This document shows positions 45,717 through 54,255 of a DNA stretch of 64,000 nt, in pieces. The stretch lies in sequence record OQ411014.1. One strand, 5' to 3'. The position numbers were made by a program, and so were the translations under genes. Within the stretch, counting starts at the first letter, position 1, and each line of letters opens with the position of its first letter. Under the pieces are notes generated by a model. The model worked only from the letters and a program-made list of their open reading frames with translations. It had not been told where the DNA came from and made no database searches.

Positions 45717-45742
45717 AAAGGGAGCTTTATGCTCCCTTTTTT
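45717..45742. terminator. Bidirectional terminator
   Basis: aaagggagc-ttta(t)-gctcccttttttt between convergent gp46 and gp49. Confidence 0.85.
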
Positions 45743-46218
45743 ATTAATCTCATATCTAACTTACCTTCCTTGATGAGTGTCCTCGCTTGGTTGGCTCTTT
45801 TCTTAACATTAGTCTCTGGTTCAGTACCTAATGAACTCAGTACTTCACATTGCTGCTTTGCTGGTAGTGCTTTAAACTTCTTCACATCCACTGTAAGAGC
45901 CGTATGGTGAATAACTTGCTCTTCTGGTGGTATATTGTTATGATGCTCTAGATAGTCTGCTAGATTGCGTAGAACTTCGTATAATGGCTTATCAGTCAAG
46001 TGCCTTACACACCTATTAAATGAGTTCTGTACGCGTCCCTCCCAGCCGTTAACCTCATTCTGTAGTACTCCCCTACAGTGCTGGTTATCTTGGTGGTAGT
46101 GGTCTAATACGGGCTTTGTGATGGGTATTTGAAGGATAGGATCAATACCACCTTGTGCCTTTAGTAGTTCCTTACGATATTTTGCTGCATCGTCAGGGTT
46201 TTTAAGTCTTCTTTTCAT
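45727..46218 (-). CDS. gp49: Recombination endonuclease VII (Holliday junction resolvase), T4 gp49-like
   Basis: QGGIDPIL...PVLDHYH...CRGVLQNEVNGWEG is the Endo VII His-Me finger; C-terminal helical domain present. Confidence 0.8.
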   Translation of the reverse strand: MKRRLKNPDDAAKYRKELLKAQGGIDPILQIPITKPVLDHYHQDNQHCRGVLQNEVNGWEGRVQNSFNRCVRHLTDKPLYEVLRNLADYLEHHNNIPPEEQVIHHTALTVDVKKFKALPAKQQCEVLSSLGTEPETNVKKRANQARTLIKEGKLDMRLIKKGA

Positions 46219-46470
46219 ATCTACACCTTTTGGACAATGATTCTAGTTACTTTATTTAGTTTAAGTACTATCATTGTCATCCACCAGCATTCAGTACTTC
46301 TATTATGCATGTTCTGTGTATACAGGAATCACAAAAGTACTAATGACCTTTCTGAAATCCTTGCAGTACTAAGGATGTCCAAAACTCTTGGAGAATGTAC
46401 TTAGTTGCAGTACATAGAGAAGAGTACTATGCTCACGTAATGAAATTATTTTCGAAAAAGTACTAGAAAA

Positions 46471-46500
46471 ATGAGATGCAAACATAAAATGTGATATAAT
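46471..46500 (+). promoter_or_regulatory. Early/middle sigma70-like promoter with no downstream protein gene
   Basis: ATGAGA-N18-TATAAT (TGTGATATAAT), matching the clpA, gp55 and dsbA promoters. Confidence 0.7.
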
Positions 46501-46506
46501 ATAAGT

Positions 46507-46950
46507 ACAAGTTCATAAGGTCAGTTTTTACTGATACAGATTAAACCCAATTCACTCGAAAATGTAGAGGATGGATGAGTAGACTTATGACTACGTAGTG
46601 CAAAAGAAACCCGTTAGGAGATGGCATAGTTTGTACCACCCACGGCAATGTGGCACTTTAAATGAACGCGATAAGCAGACAGACGTTCACTAGATAGACA
46701 TATAAGGCTACCTTACCACACTTGCTAAGGGAGTTCAGTTCAGAACTTGTTTTGAGCTTGAACAGCATTAAGATTCGATTGTATGGATTTTAATGTATGC
46801 GTACTAAGACTACGACCGTTGCACATGACCGTGATAGAGAGAAACAGAGCAACCCGCTTTCGTTCTGACTTGTTCAGAAATTCACGATACAATAATTCCG
46901 ATGCTATCAGCGTCAAGCAATATTTCAGATCCTTAATTGGGTCTTTTTTA
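46507..46950 (+). ncRNA. Candidate structured non-coding RNA (~440 nt), family unrecognised
   Basis: Bounded by the conserved promoter and a terminator-like gatcc-ttaatt-gggtc-tttttt; several hairpins found by eye (46734-46762, 46765-46796, 46865-46879); no convincing ORF. Confidence 0.45.
46927..46950 (+). terminator. Probable terminator of the non-coding transcript
   Basis: agatcc-ttaatt-gggtct followed by a T-tract. Confidence 0.6.
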
Positions 46951-47179
46951 TTGTCTTCATTCCCCTGCGGGGGGATGAAATTGCCTCAACAAATCTCGTC
47001 AAGTATTAAAGTATTAATTAGTTCTTAATAATTAAATTATTAAATGAATTGAGATTCATTAGAGTGAAACGAAGTGAACGATAAATGAATTGAAGATTCT
47101 TAGACAATCGAAGATTGGCTAATCAAATACTTTCTCCTAAAGAATGATTCAATAATAATTCTTAATGAATTTTAAATAC

Positions 47180-47205
47180 AAAAAAAACCAGCAACAATGT
47201 GCTGG
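47180..47205 (-). terminator. Terminator after the gp26/gp51-like pair
   Basis: Minus strand reads ccagca-cattgt-tgctgg-tttttttt. Confidence 0.8.
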
Positions 47206-47415
47206 CTATTGATTCATTTTCTTCATTCTTTTGTTATACGACTTCACCATTAAATCCCTTGTCTGTACTGGCATATTCAGTAATGACTCATAGGAAGTGT
47301 TCTCTATAGCAACAGCAGCATCCATCAATGACACCTGAATGTCATTGACATTAAACTCCATATCACTTAGAATCTCTTTTATTTCTTCCGGTTCACTAAT
47401 GAGAAGTCTAGTCCG
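47206..47415 (-). CDS. Short gp51-like ORF in the -1 frame of the gp26-like gene (probable frameshift extension)
   Basis: RTRLLISEPEEIKEIL...YESLLNMPVQTRDLMVKSY resembles short ORFs that follow gp26 in T4-like phages; the frame is open from the slippery T-TTT-TTC. Confidence 0.55.
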   Translation of the reverse strand, partial: RTRLLISEPEEIKEILSDMEFNVNDIQVSLMDAAVAIENTSYESLLNMPVQTRDLMVKSYNKRMKKMNQ

Positions 47416-48245
47416 AAAAAATGGGATGGGTCGTATTTTAGTCCAGTCAATTCCCACTGATGATTACAGTTACTACATTCAACATCCATAGTATGACTGA
47501 TACCTACATCAAATACACTATCAGACTTTTCACTAATGATTTTGAGATCATTCTTGTTCAAAGTACCAAGCCATTCAGAAATAAATTCTGGTTCAGTTAC
47601 TTCTTCATCATTAGGAGTGACTATCTTCGCAATACTACTGCAAATCATATCATAGTTCAGTTGAGTCATTTTCTCAAAAATGTCACTGAAAATTTCCATT
47701 CTTTCTTTCTCTTCCAAATCAGCACTCATATCAATAACACGAGAACGACTTTGTTGAGCAAACATACGCTCACCAAAAGCAGAATGCTCTTCCCATGTAT
47801 GTGGTCTAAAGTATACTGTTAGTCCATTTTCCATTAGTACTACAGGCTCTTCAGTAAATGAAGTAGTAGTATTGAGTAGATAGTTCAAATCACGACTAAA
47901 TCCACCCACATGTTCACACTCTGGACATGTAACATTGATATCATATGATTCATCTTTAGTAGCTAATTTAATAGCAATAAGTAGTTGCTCTACGTCGTTT
48001 ACATAGAGTTTAGAAGCATCAAGTACTGAAGGGACACAGTTCTCAATTACTTTAGCAATGGCATCACCACCAATTAGTGCATCAGCAGTATTAAGTAGAA
48101 TTTCATCACGTGCAGAACGAGCACATACACCACACTTAGTATTACTTACTACACCTTCAGGGTACTTGATTACATCGTTTGAAACTAGTTTAGTGAACAG
48201 TACTTCAATTTTACTGTACTGTGACAAAGGGTTCATCTTGCTCAT
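47379..48245 (-). CDS. gp26: Baseplate hub assembly protein, T4 gp26-like
   Basis: NPLSQY, ARDEILL...ALIGG.AI..VIENCVP, DVEQLLIAIKLAT, and two CxxC pairs (CPEC, CSNC). Confidence 0.75.
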   Translation of the reverse strand: MSKMNPLSQYSKIEVLFTKLVSNDVIKYPEGVVSNTKCGVCARSARDEILLNTADALIGGDAIAKVIENCVPSVLDASKLYVNDVEQLLIAIKLATKDESYDINVTCPECEHVGGFSRDLNYLLNTTTSFTEEPVVLMENGLTVYFRPHTWEEHSAFGERMFAQQSRSRVIDMSADLEEKERMEIFSDIFEKMTQLNYDMICSSIAKIVTPNDEEVTEPEFISEWLGTLNKNDLKIISEKSDSVFDVGISHTMDVECSNCNHQWELTGLKYDPSHFFGLDFSLVNRKK

Positions 48246-48298
48246 ATATACTCCATATCATAAATAGTTTTAATATAATTATTTATTAAGGATAGGAT

Positions 48299-50491
48299 AT
48301 GGCAATTTCACAGAGTGATTACTTATTGCAAGAGATGTTGAATAAATCATCCAGTGCAAATGATAATCTTAGTGCTATGCGTGATTTGCTCATAGAACTG
48401 AATAAAAACGTTAAAAAAGGGTCAAGTAACTCACCTGGGAGTGGTGGTGGCGGTGGTTCTGGTGGTGGCGGCAGCGGCAGTTCTGATAGTAATGGAGCAG
48501 ATCCGAAGAAGTACTCAAACATGTTTAAACAGATGTTCGGTAATATGAGAGGGGCCGGAAACACCATACTTGGAAACAACGGAAATGCTGCTAACGTAAT
48601 GGGTTCACTAGGAACTACAGCAACTGGCCTTGCATCGTCATTAGGTAGGGCAATTCCAGTAGTTGGTGGGGTAACTCAAGCATTTACATTATTAGTAGAC
48701 GCTGGAATGGCAGTTTACAACTATATGAATGCTCAGTTGGAGATGTATAATGAGTTAAACAGTTCAGGTTTGACACTTGCAACTGGTATGAGTACGCTAG
48801 AACGTGCTTCTGCTAAGAGTTTGATGAGTAATGCAGAATTTGGTGAAGCATTGAAACGAAACTCTGACGTTTTAGCAGCTATGGAAGGTCAATATGGTCA
48901 TGGTGTTGAAGGTTTTGGTAATTTATTGAATACAGTTCAGAAATTGCAATCAGTTAACGGTCTATATGGTGTTTCTCAACAACAATTAGCTGATATGGCA
49001 GCAAGAAACTTCAAATATCAGAAATTATATGGCACACAAGAGTCATTACGCTCTGCTGCACAGGCTCAAAGTACTGATCTCTTTGTTCGTCAGATGACTT
49101 CATTGAGTAAGAGTGTTGGTAAGAGTGTTGACCAACTATTAGGTAATTTTGAGAACCTAACTGACAGTTTTGACAGTCAAACAAACGCCCGTTCATTGGA
49201 ACGTTTCTGGGGTCTATCAACAGACCAAGCGGCTGATGTAAACAAGGCAATGAACACTGTTTATGCTAGTTTAGGTGAAGTTGGTGTTAAGTTGCAAGCA
49301 GCAAACACTATGAAAATGTCCCAACAGCCATTGACTGAAGAATTTAATAACTTTTTTACACAAATGTTAACCGATAGAATGCGTGAAATACAACGTGCTG
49401 GTGTAAAAGATCCGAAACAAATACAGAAATATCTATCTGACTATATAAAATCTCATCAAAAGCAATTGCAGCTTGAAATTGATGCACAATATGATGCAAA
49501 AAATATACCAGCAGCAAAATTCCTTGAAGATTTGCGTAATTCAATGCAAATGTTGAACGAAAATACTTCTGATGTTAGTCCAGTAATGGAAGAATTTACA
49601 AATAGATTCAATACATGGCTACAAGACTCAGTAACTGGACCATTTAAAACTATGTGGGCTGATACACGTGATAGTGCATTGCGTTATTTGATGGATACAT
49701 ATGATTCAGTTGACAGTATATTCATGATGCCAGCACAAATGATGAAAGATTTGTTATCATATATAACTGAAGGTATGGGAGGAATGGGAACTCTGTTCTT
49801 AGGACTACCAGGACAACTGATGGATATAATTACAACAAACTTTGGTCCTGTTAAGGAAGCATTTGGTAAATTCATGGGTGATTTGATGGATATCCCAGGT
49901 CGATTGGGTGAATTCCTATGGGGAATGCTCACTGGTGATGGTTTATCTAAGAGTGCTGAGGGTCTTCAGAAGACAATTAATAGTCTATTTGGTCATATTA
50001 CTGAGATGTTTGACGGTATTATGGATTTAGAATTCAATTATGATGACATGAAAGAGAAAGTACTGGGTGTTTTCCAATCAATGAAGGATAAATTATCTGG
50101 AATTTGGGATAGTGCTAAGTCATGGATTATGGGTGACGACAAAAAAACACCAGAACCTAGTAAAAAATCCAAAACTGAAAAACTTTCAGAGAAAAATAAG
50201 ACAGAAACTAAAGCACCAACGCCTCCACCTACTAGTGTTGAGAAGAAACATCAAACAGCACAGGTAACGGAACCTCCACAATATACAAAACCTGAGAAAA
50301 TTGAGAAGGTAGAGAAGGAAGTAGCACCAGTAATGGATGTTGCTAACAATCAAGCGACGCTAGAAGAGAGCATTTTAAAAACACTAAATAATCTCATGAG
50401 TGTTGCAGAACAAACTAACCAAATCAATAATAACGCTGGCATGTATCTACGTCAAATCGCAGAAAACACCGCTGGTGCACAGAATGTATAA
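48299..50491 (+). CDS. Tape-measure-like / baseplate hub protein (gp29-like)
   Basis: 730 aa, helical and Ala/Gly/Met-rich with periodic aromatics; divergent from the gp26-like gene; late-promoter-like CATAAATA at 48259-48266. Confidence 0.55.
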   Translation: MAISQSDYLLQEMLNKSSSANDNLSAMRDLLIELNKNVKKGSSNSPGSGGGGGSGGGGSGSSDSNGADPKKYSNMFKQMFGNMRGAGNTILGNNGNAANVMGSLGTTATGLASSLGRAIPVVGGVTQAFTLLVDAGMAVYNYMNAQLEMYNELNSSGLTLATGMSTLERASAKSLMSNAEFGEALKRNSDVLAAMEGQYGHGVEGFGNLLNTVQKLQSVNGLYGVSQQQLADMAARNFKYQKLYGTQESLRSAAQAQSTDLFVRQMTSLSKSVGKSVDQLLGNFENLTDSFDSQTNARSLERFWGLSTDQAADVNKAMNTVYASLGEVGVKLQAANTMKMSQQPLTEEFNNFFTQMLTDRMREIQRAGVKDPKQIQKYLSDYIKSHQKQLQLEIDAQYDAKNIPAAKFLEDLRNSMQMLNENTSDVSPVMEEFTNRFNTWLQDSVTGPFKTMWADTRDSALRYLMDTYDSVDSIFMMPAQMMKDLLSYITEGMGGMGTLFLGLPGQLMDIITTNFGPVKEAFGKFMGDLMDIPGRLGEFLWGMLTGDGLSKSAEGLQKTINSLFGHITEMFDGIMDLEFNYDDMKEKVLGVFQSMKDKLSGIWDSAKSWIMGDDKKTPEPSKKSKTEKLSEKNKTETKAPTPPPTSVEKKHQTAQVTEPPQYTKPEKIEKVEKEVAPVMDVANNQATLEESILKTLNNLMSVAEQTNQINNNAGMYLRQIAENTAGAQNV

Positions 50492-50506
50492 TAATGGAGA
50501 TCTCCG

Positions 50507-52261
50507 ATGAGTAGTTGGAAACGACATATGACCACCGCCCGTTCTAAAGTTTCAACAACCAAACAGGAACAGGCAAAAAACAAATCAGGATTGGAAACAT
50601 CAGGTTCTAAATCTAACTTTGCTTCATATCTCCCAGTGGTATACACTGGGTTACCAAACCGTACTGATAGATATCGTCAGTACGATCAAATGGACCAAGA
50701 CCCTGAAATCCGAACCGCATTAAACATCATTGCTGACTTTTGTACTCAAAGTACTGAAGATTTTGGCCTACCATTTAAGATTAAGTATAGAGATAACATT
50801 GGTGATACTGAAGTTACTACTCTTGAAGACCGTCTTGAATCATGGGCTGACCAGAATGATTTTAAAACCAGAATGTATGAAATTGTTCGTGGTCTATTAA
50901 AGTATGGCGACCAATTCTTTATCCGTGACCCAGAAACATTTGACTGGTACTGGGTAAACCCAATGAACGTAGAGCAGGTATTCGTAAACGAAGCTACTGG
51001 TAAGAACCCAGTTGTTTATTATATCCGTGACGTATCATTGAACCTACATGATAAAGTATTTTCTAACTTACAAATTGGTTTTGACCGTATGACATATCCT
51101 GGTGCAGTACCGAACGGTATGAACACTAACAGTAATATGTTTAGTAACAGTTCTGGTGGTGGATATGGTAACAGTGCAAACAGTGCTGACCCATTCAACA
51201 CAAATGGACGTATGGATATTATCCCAGTTGCCGCAGAACACGTTATTCACTTAACATTAAATACTGGACAAGATGGTGTATGGCCTTTCGGTACTAGTAT
51301 CTTAGAAGATGTGTTTAAAGTTTATAAACAAAAAGAACTTCTTGAAGATAGTATCATTATCTATCGTGTACAACGTGCTCCAGAACGTCGTGTATTTAAA
51401 ATTGACGTTGGTGATATGCAAATACCACAAGCAATGGCACACGTAGAGCGTATCAAGAATGAAATCCACCAGCGTCGTATACCTTCCAATAAAGGTGGCA
51501 GTACTTCATTAATGGATGCAGCGTATAACCCACTTAGTATTCTAGAAGACTACTTCTTCCCACAAACATCTGAAGGTCGTGGTTCATCTGTTGAAACTCT
51601 TCCTGGTGGTGATAACCTAGGTCAGATTGATGACTTGCGTTACTTCAATGATAAATTGATTCGTGGCTTACAGATTCCATCTTCTTATCTACCAATGGGG
51701 CCAAGTTCTGATGGTGGCGTTTCCTTATTTGGTGACGGTGCTACTCAAGCTATGGCAAGTGAATTACGCTTTAACAACCAATGTATGCGTTATCAACGTT
51801 TGGTTGCACGTGTATTTGATAAAGAATTCAAACGTTATATGATTTACAATGGTTATACTATTAGTGATTCTTCGTTTGAAGTGATTTTCAATCCACCAAT
51901 CAACCTAGCGTCTTATCGTCGTGCTGAACTTGATGCTCGTCTAATTAACACTTATCTACCACTAAATGACATTCCATACATTGCGAAACAAACCATTCTT
52001 AATAAGATGGGCTTTGACCAAGGTGAAATTGTCAAGAACGAACAGCTATGGATTCAAGAAAATCCAGATGCATTTGACGGTACTGGTGCTAATCCAGATG
52101 GTGAAGAAGAAGCAGGTCTTGCGTCAGTAGGTATTAATGCACCAAACGATGCTGGTACTGATTTAGGTATTGATGATGATGGAAATCTAGAAAGTGCCGA
52201 TGCGAAGTTCCAGGACATGCAAGCGGATTTTAACCCTAATACATTAGGCGATTCTTTCTAA
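50507..52261 (+). CDS. gp20: Portal protein, T4 gp20-like
   Basis: YRQYDQMDQDPEIRTALNII, LLEDSIIIYRVQRAPERRVFKIDVG, LEDYFFPQTSEGRGSSVETLPGGDNLGQIDDLRYF. Confidence 0.95.
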   Translation: MSSWKRHMTTARSKVSTTKQEQAKNKSGLETSGSKSNFASYLPVVYTGLPNRTDRYRQYDQMDQDPEIRTALNIIADFCTQSTEDFGLPFKIKYRDNIGDTEVTTLEDRLESWADQNDFKTRMYEIVRGLLKYGDQFFIRDPETFDWYWVNPMNVEQVFVNEATGKNPVVYYIRDVSLNLHDKVFSNLQIGFDRMTYPGAVPNGMNTNSNMFSNSSGGGYGNSANSADPFNTNGRMDIIPVAAEHVIHLTLNTGQDGVWPFGTSILEDVFKVYKQKELLEDSIIIYRVQRAPERRVFKIDVGDMQIPQAMAHVERIKNEIHQRRIPSNKGGSTSLMDAAYNPLSILEDYFFPQTSEGRGSSVETLPGGDNLGQIDDLRYFNDKLIRGLQIPSSYLPMGPSSDGGVSLFGDGATQAMASELRFNNQCMRYQRLVARVFDKEFKRYMIYNGYTISDSSFEVIFNPPINLASYRRAELDARLINTYLPLNDIPYIAKQTILNKMGFDQGEIVKNEQLWIQENPDAFDGTGANPDGEEEAGLASVGINAPNDAGTDLGIDDDGNLESADAKFQDMQADFNPNTLGDSF

Positions 52262-52326
52262 GAATAAATAACTATGATTAGATAATTCACCCCTTCAGTG
52301 GGGTGAATAACATTTAGGAGTGAACA

Positions 52327-52557
52327 ATGTTAGATGAAATCTTTGAATCAAGAGACGATTCTATGTACGACCCTGAAGATGATCAGACTGTTTATAAACT
52401 AACTGATACCAGAAAACCTAAATTGACGCTTCAGATTTTAAATAATCTAAGAAAATATCGTGAATTTAAGAAGAATGAAGAGGCACGTCGTGCTTCTGTT
52501 GTATCTGTTGTGTATGCAACACCATCTGAACCATCCGGTGGAAGTGGAATGATGTAA
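52327..52557 (+). CDS. Small prohead core-like protein (gp67/gp68 position)
   Basis: 76 aa with RBS aggag, between the portal and prohead genes. Confidence 0.55.
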   Translation: MLDEIFESRDDSMYDPEDDQTVYKLTDTRKPKLTLQILNNLRKYREFKKNEEARRASVVSVVYATPSEPSGGSGMM

Positions 52558-52560
52558 AAG

Positions 52561-52597
52561 AGCGATTTTAAACCCCTTTTAAAAATCGCTTTTTTTA
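52561..52597 (+). terminator. Terminator-like hairpin
   Basis: agcgatttt...aaaaatcgct followed by a T-tract. Confidence 0.6.
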
Positions 52598-52602
52598 AAA
52601 AG

Positions 52603-52610
52603 TATAAATA
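52603..52610 (+). promoter_or_regulatory. T4-type late promoter TATAAATA
   Basis: Exact consensus upstream of the acidic core protein gene. Confidence 0.75.
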
Positions 52611-52655
52611 ATCACATACTGAAATATAAAATTTTGTATATCTTTGGAGGATATC

Positions 52656-53525
52656 ATGGCAAACAAAAAATTACTACAAGAAGCTATTCAGGCTTTTGCA
52701 AATGGTGAACACGCTGTTGCTGATAAAAAACTACGTAAATATTTTATCGAAACCGCTCAAGAAATTAACAAGAAACTAGAAGAAGAAATGGAAGCGGAAG
52801 AGTGTGAAGAAATCTCTGAAGCGGAAGAAGTAGAAGACTGTGAAGAAGTCGTTGCTGAAGACATTCATTCTGGTCAATCAGAAGATCTAACTGGTGAAAT
52901 TCAATATGCACTAGGTGAAGCTGAAGACGAAGAAGTTGAAGCTGGCGAAGAAGAAATTGGTATCGACGGTGACGAAGAAGTTGCTGGCGAAGAAGAAGTT
53001 GAAGTTGAGTCTGGTGACCTACCAACTCAAGACCAATGGGCTTCCATTAAAGATGCAATTGATTCTCTAAGCAAGCGTTTCGATGAAATCGAAGGCGAAG
53101 GCGACATTGACCTAGATGTTGAAGGTGATGATGTTGGTGATGAAGAAGAAATTTCCGATTTCGAAATTGACGATGCAGGTGAAGAAGAATTTGGTGATGT
53201 ACAGTTCGGTGATGAGAAATTTGGCGAATCTTACAAAATGAAACCAGTTTCTAAACCAGGTAACGATGCAGCTAAATCTAAATCTCCAGTTGCACCAAAC
53301 GCTAAATCTCCAGTAGACGGCGTTGACCCAGTTAAGATCAAAGATGGTAACGTTGTTACTAACGATGGCGAACTTCTAAAAAATAAAGATGCTGACACTG
53401 CTAAAGTGGAAGACATGAACAACGTTATGGATAATGCTAAAGGTCTAATGAAAGACGTTAAGAAACCAGCTAATAAAGCTGACAAATCTAAGTCTGTAGT
53501 TCCATCAAAAGCACCAAAGTTCTAA
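52656..53525 (+). CDS. Highly acidic prohead core / internal scaffold protein
   Basis: Start at ATG 52656 (RBS ggagg); Glu/Asp-rich middle and Lys/Pro-rich tail; head-module position. Confidence 0.65.
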   Translation: MANKKLLQEAIQAFANGEHAVADKKLRKYFIETAQEINKKLEEEMEAEECEEISEAEEVEDCEEVVAEDIHSGQSEDLTGEIQYALGEAEDEEVEAGEEEIGIDGDEEVAGEEEVEVESGDLPTQDQWASIKDAIDSLSKRFDEIEGEGDIDLDVEGDDVGDEEEISDFEIDDAGEEEFGDVQFGDEKFGESYKMKPVSKPGNDAAKSKSPVAPNAKSPVDGVDPVKIKDGNVVTNDGELLKNKDADTAKVEDMNNVMDNAKGLMKDVKKPANKADKSKSVVPSKAPKF

Positions 53526-53559
53526 TCATAAATAATATAAAGAAAGGAGATCATTAATT

Positions 53560-54183
53560 ATGAACATGATAAGAGAGTGGTCTTCATTCAGTGATTCGAA
53601 CATTGTACTTGAATATCAAGAAAACAAATTAGGCGGTAAGGATTGCTACCTTCGTGGTATTGCAATCCAAGCCGATAAACGAAACCTGAACGAACGTATC
53701 TACCCACTAAATGAAATTGCTCATGCTGTTGAAGTTATGCAACAACGTCTGCAACGTGGTGAGAGCATTCTTGTTGAATGTGACCACCCAGAAACACTAA
53801 CTATTAACTTAGACCGAGTTGCAGCCAAAATTACGAAAGTATGGATGGAAGGTCACAATGGTATGGCAGAAATTAAACTTCTACCAACCTCACATGGCAA
53901 AAACATTCGGGCTATGCTCGAAGCAGGTGTAAAATTGGGTGTAAGCTCACGTGGTTCTGGTAACGTTGACCATAACGGTATCGTATCAGATTTCGAAATT
54001 GTTACTATTGATATTGTTGCTCAACCAAGTGCTCCAGATGCTTATCCAGAAGCAGTATTTGAGTCTCTAAACTATAAGTACGGTTCACCTGCTAACGGAA
54101 GAAAATCTATCGTTGAAAACAAGAAAGTTCCTACTTCAGTAGAAAACGAAATTCACGATTTTTTCAAGAAATTAAAAGGTTAA
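53560..54183 (+). CDS. gp21: Prohead protease, T4 gp21-like
   Basis: LRGIAIQADKRNLNERIYP, ECDHPE, LGVSSRGSG and DIVAQPSAPDAY. Confidence 0.95.
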   Translation: MNMIREWSSFSDSNIVLEYQENKLGGKDCYLRGIAIQADKRNLNERIYPLNEIAHAVEVMQQRLQRGESILVECDHPETLTINLDRVAAKITKVWMEGHNGMAEIKLLPTSHGKNIRAMLEAGVKLGVSSRGSGNVDHNGIVSDFEIVTIDIVAQPSAPDAYPEAVFESLNYKYGSPANGRKSIVENKKVPTSVENEIHDFFKKLKG

Positions 54184-54194
54184 AAAAAATTTTT

Positions 54195-54202
54195 TATAAA
54201 TA
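54195..54202 (+). promoter_or_regulatory. T4-type late promoter TATAAATA
   Basis: Exact consensus upstream of the gp22-like gene. Confidence 0.75.
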
Positions 54203-54255
54203 TTTGTACATCAAAAGTGCTAATATTTAAAAAGTACTTTAAAGGAGAACAAACA

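Noticed and set aside
46507-46950. tRNA, tmRNA, RNase P RNA or retron msr-msd identity for the non-coding transcript
   Set aside because: I saw no cloverleaf, T-loop or CCA signature, no tmRNA ends or tag frame, no RNase P conserved motifs and no adjacent reverse transcriptase. A covariance-model search is still needed.
46783-47028. 81-aa ORF in the non-coding region
   Set aside because: It has a TTG-type start without an RBS, atypical codons, and it runs through a terminator and a strong hairpin; it is more likely incidental.
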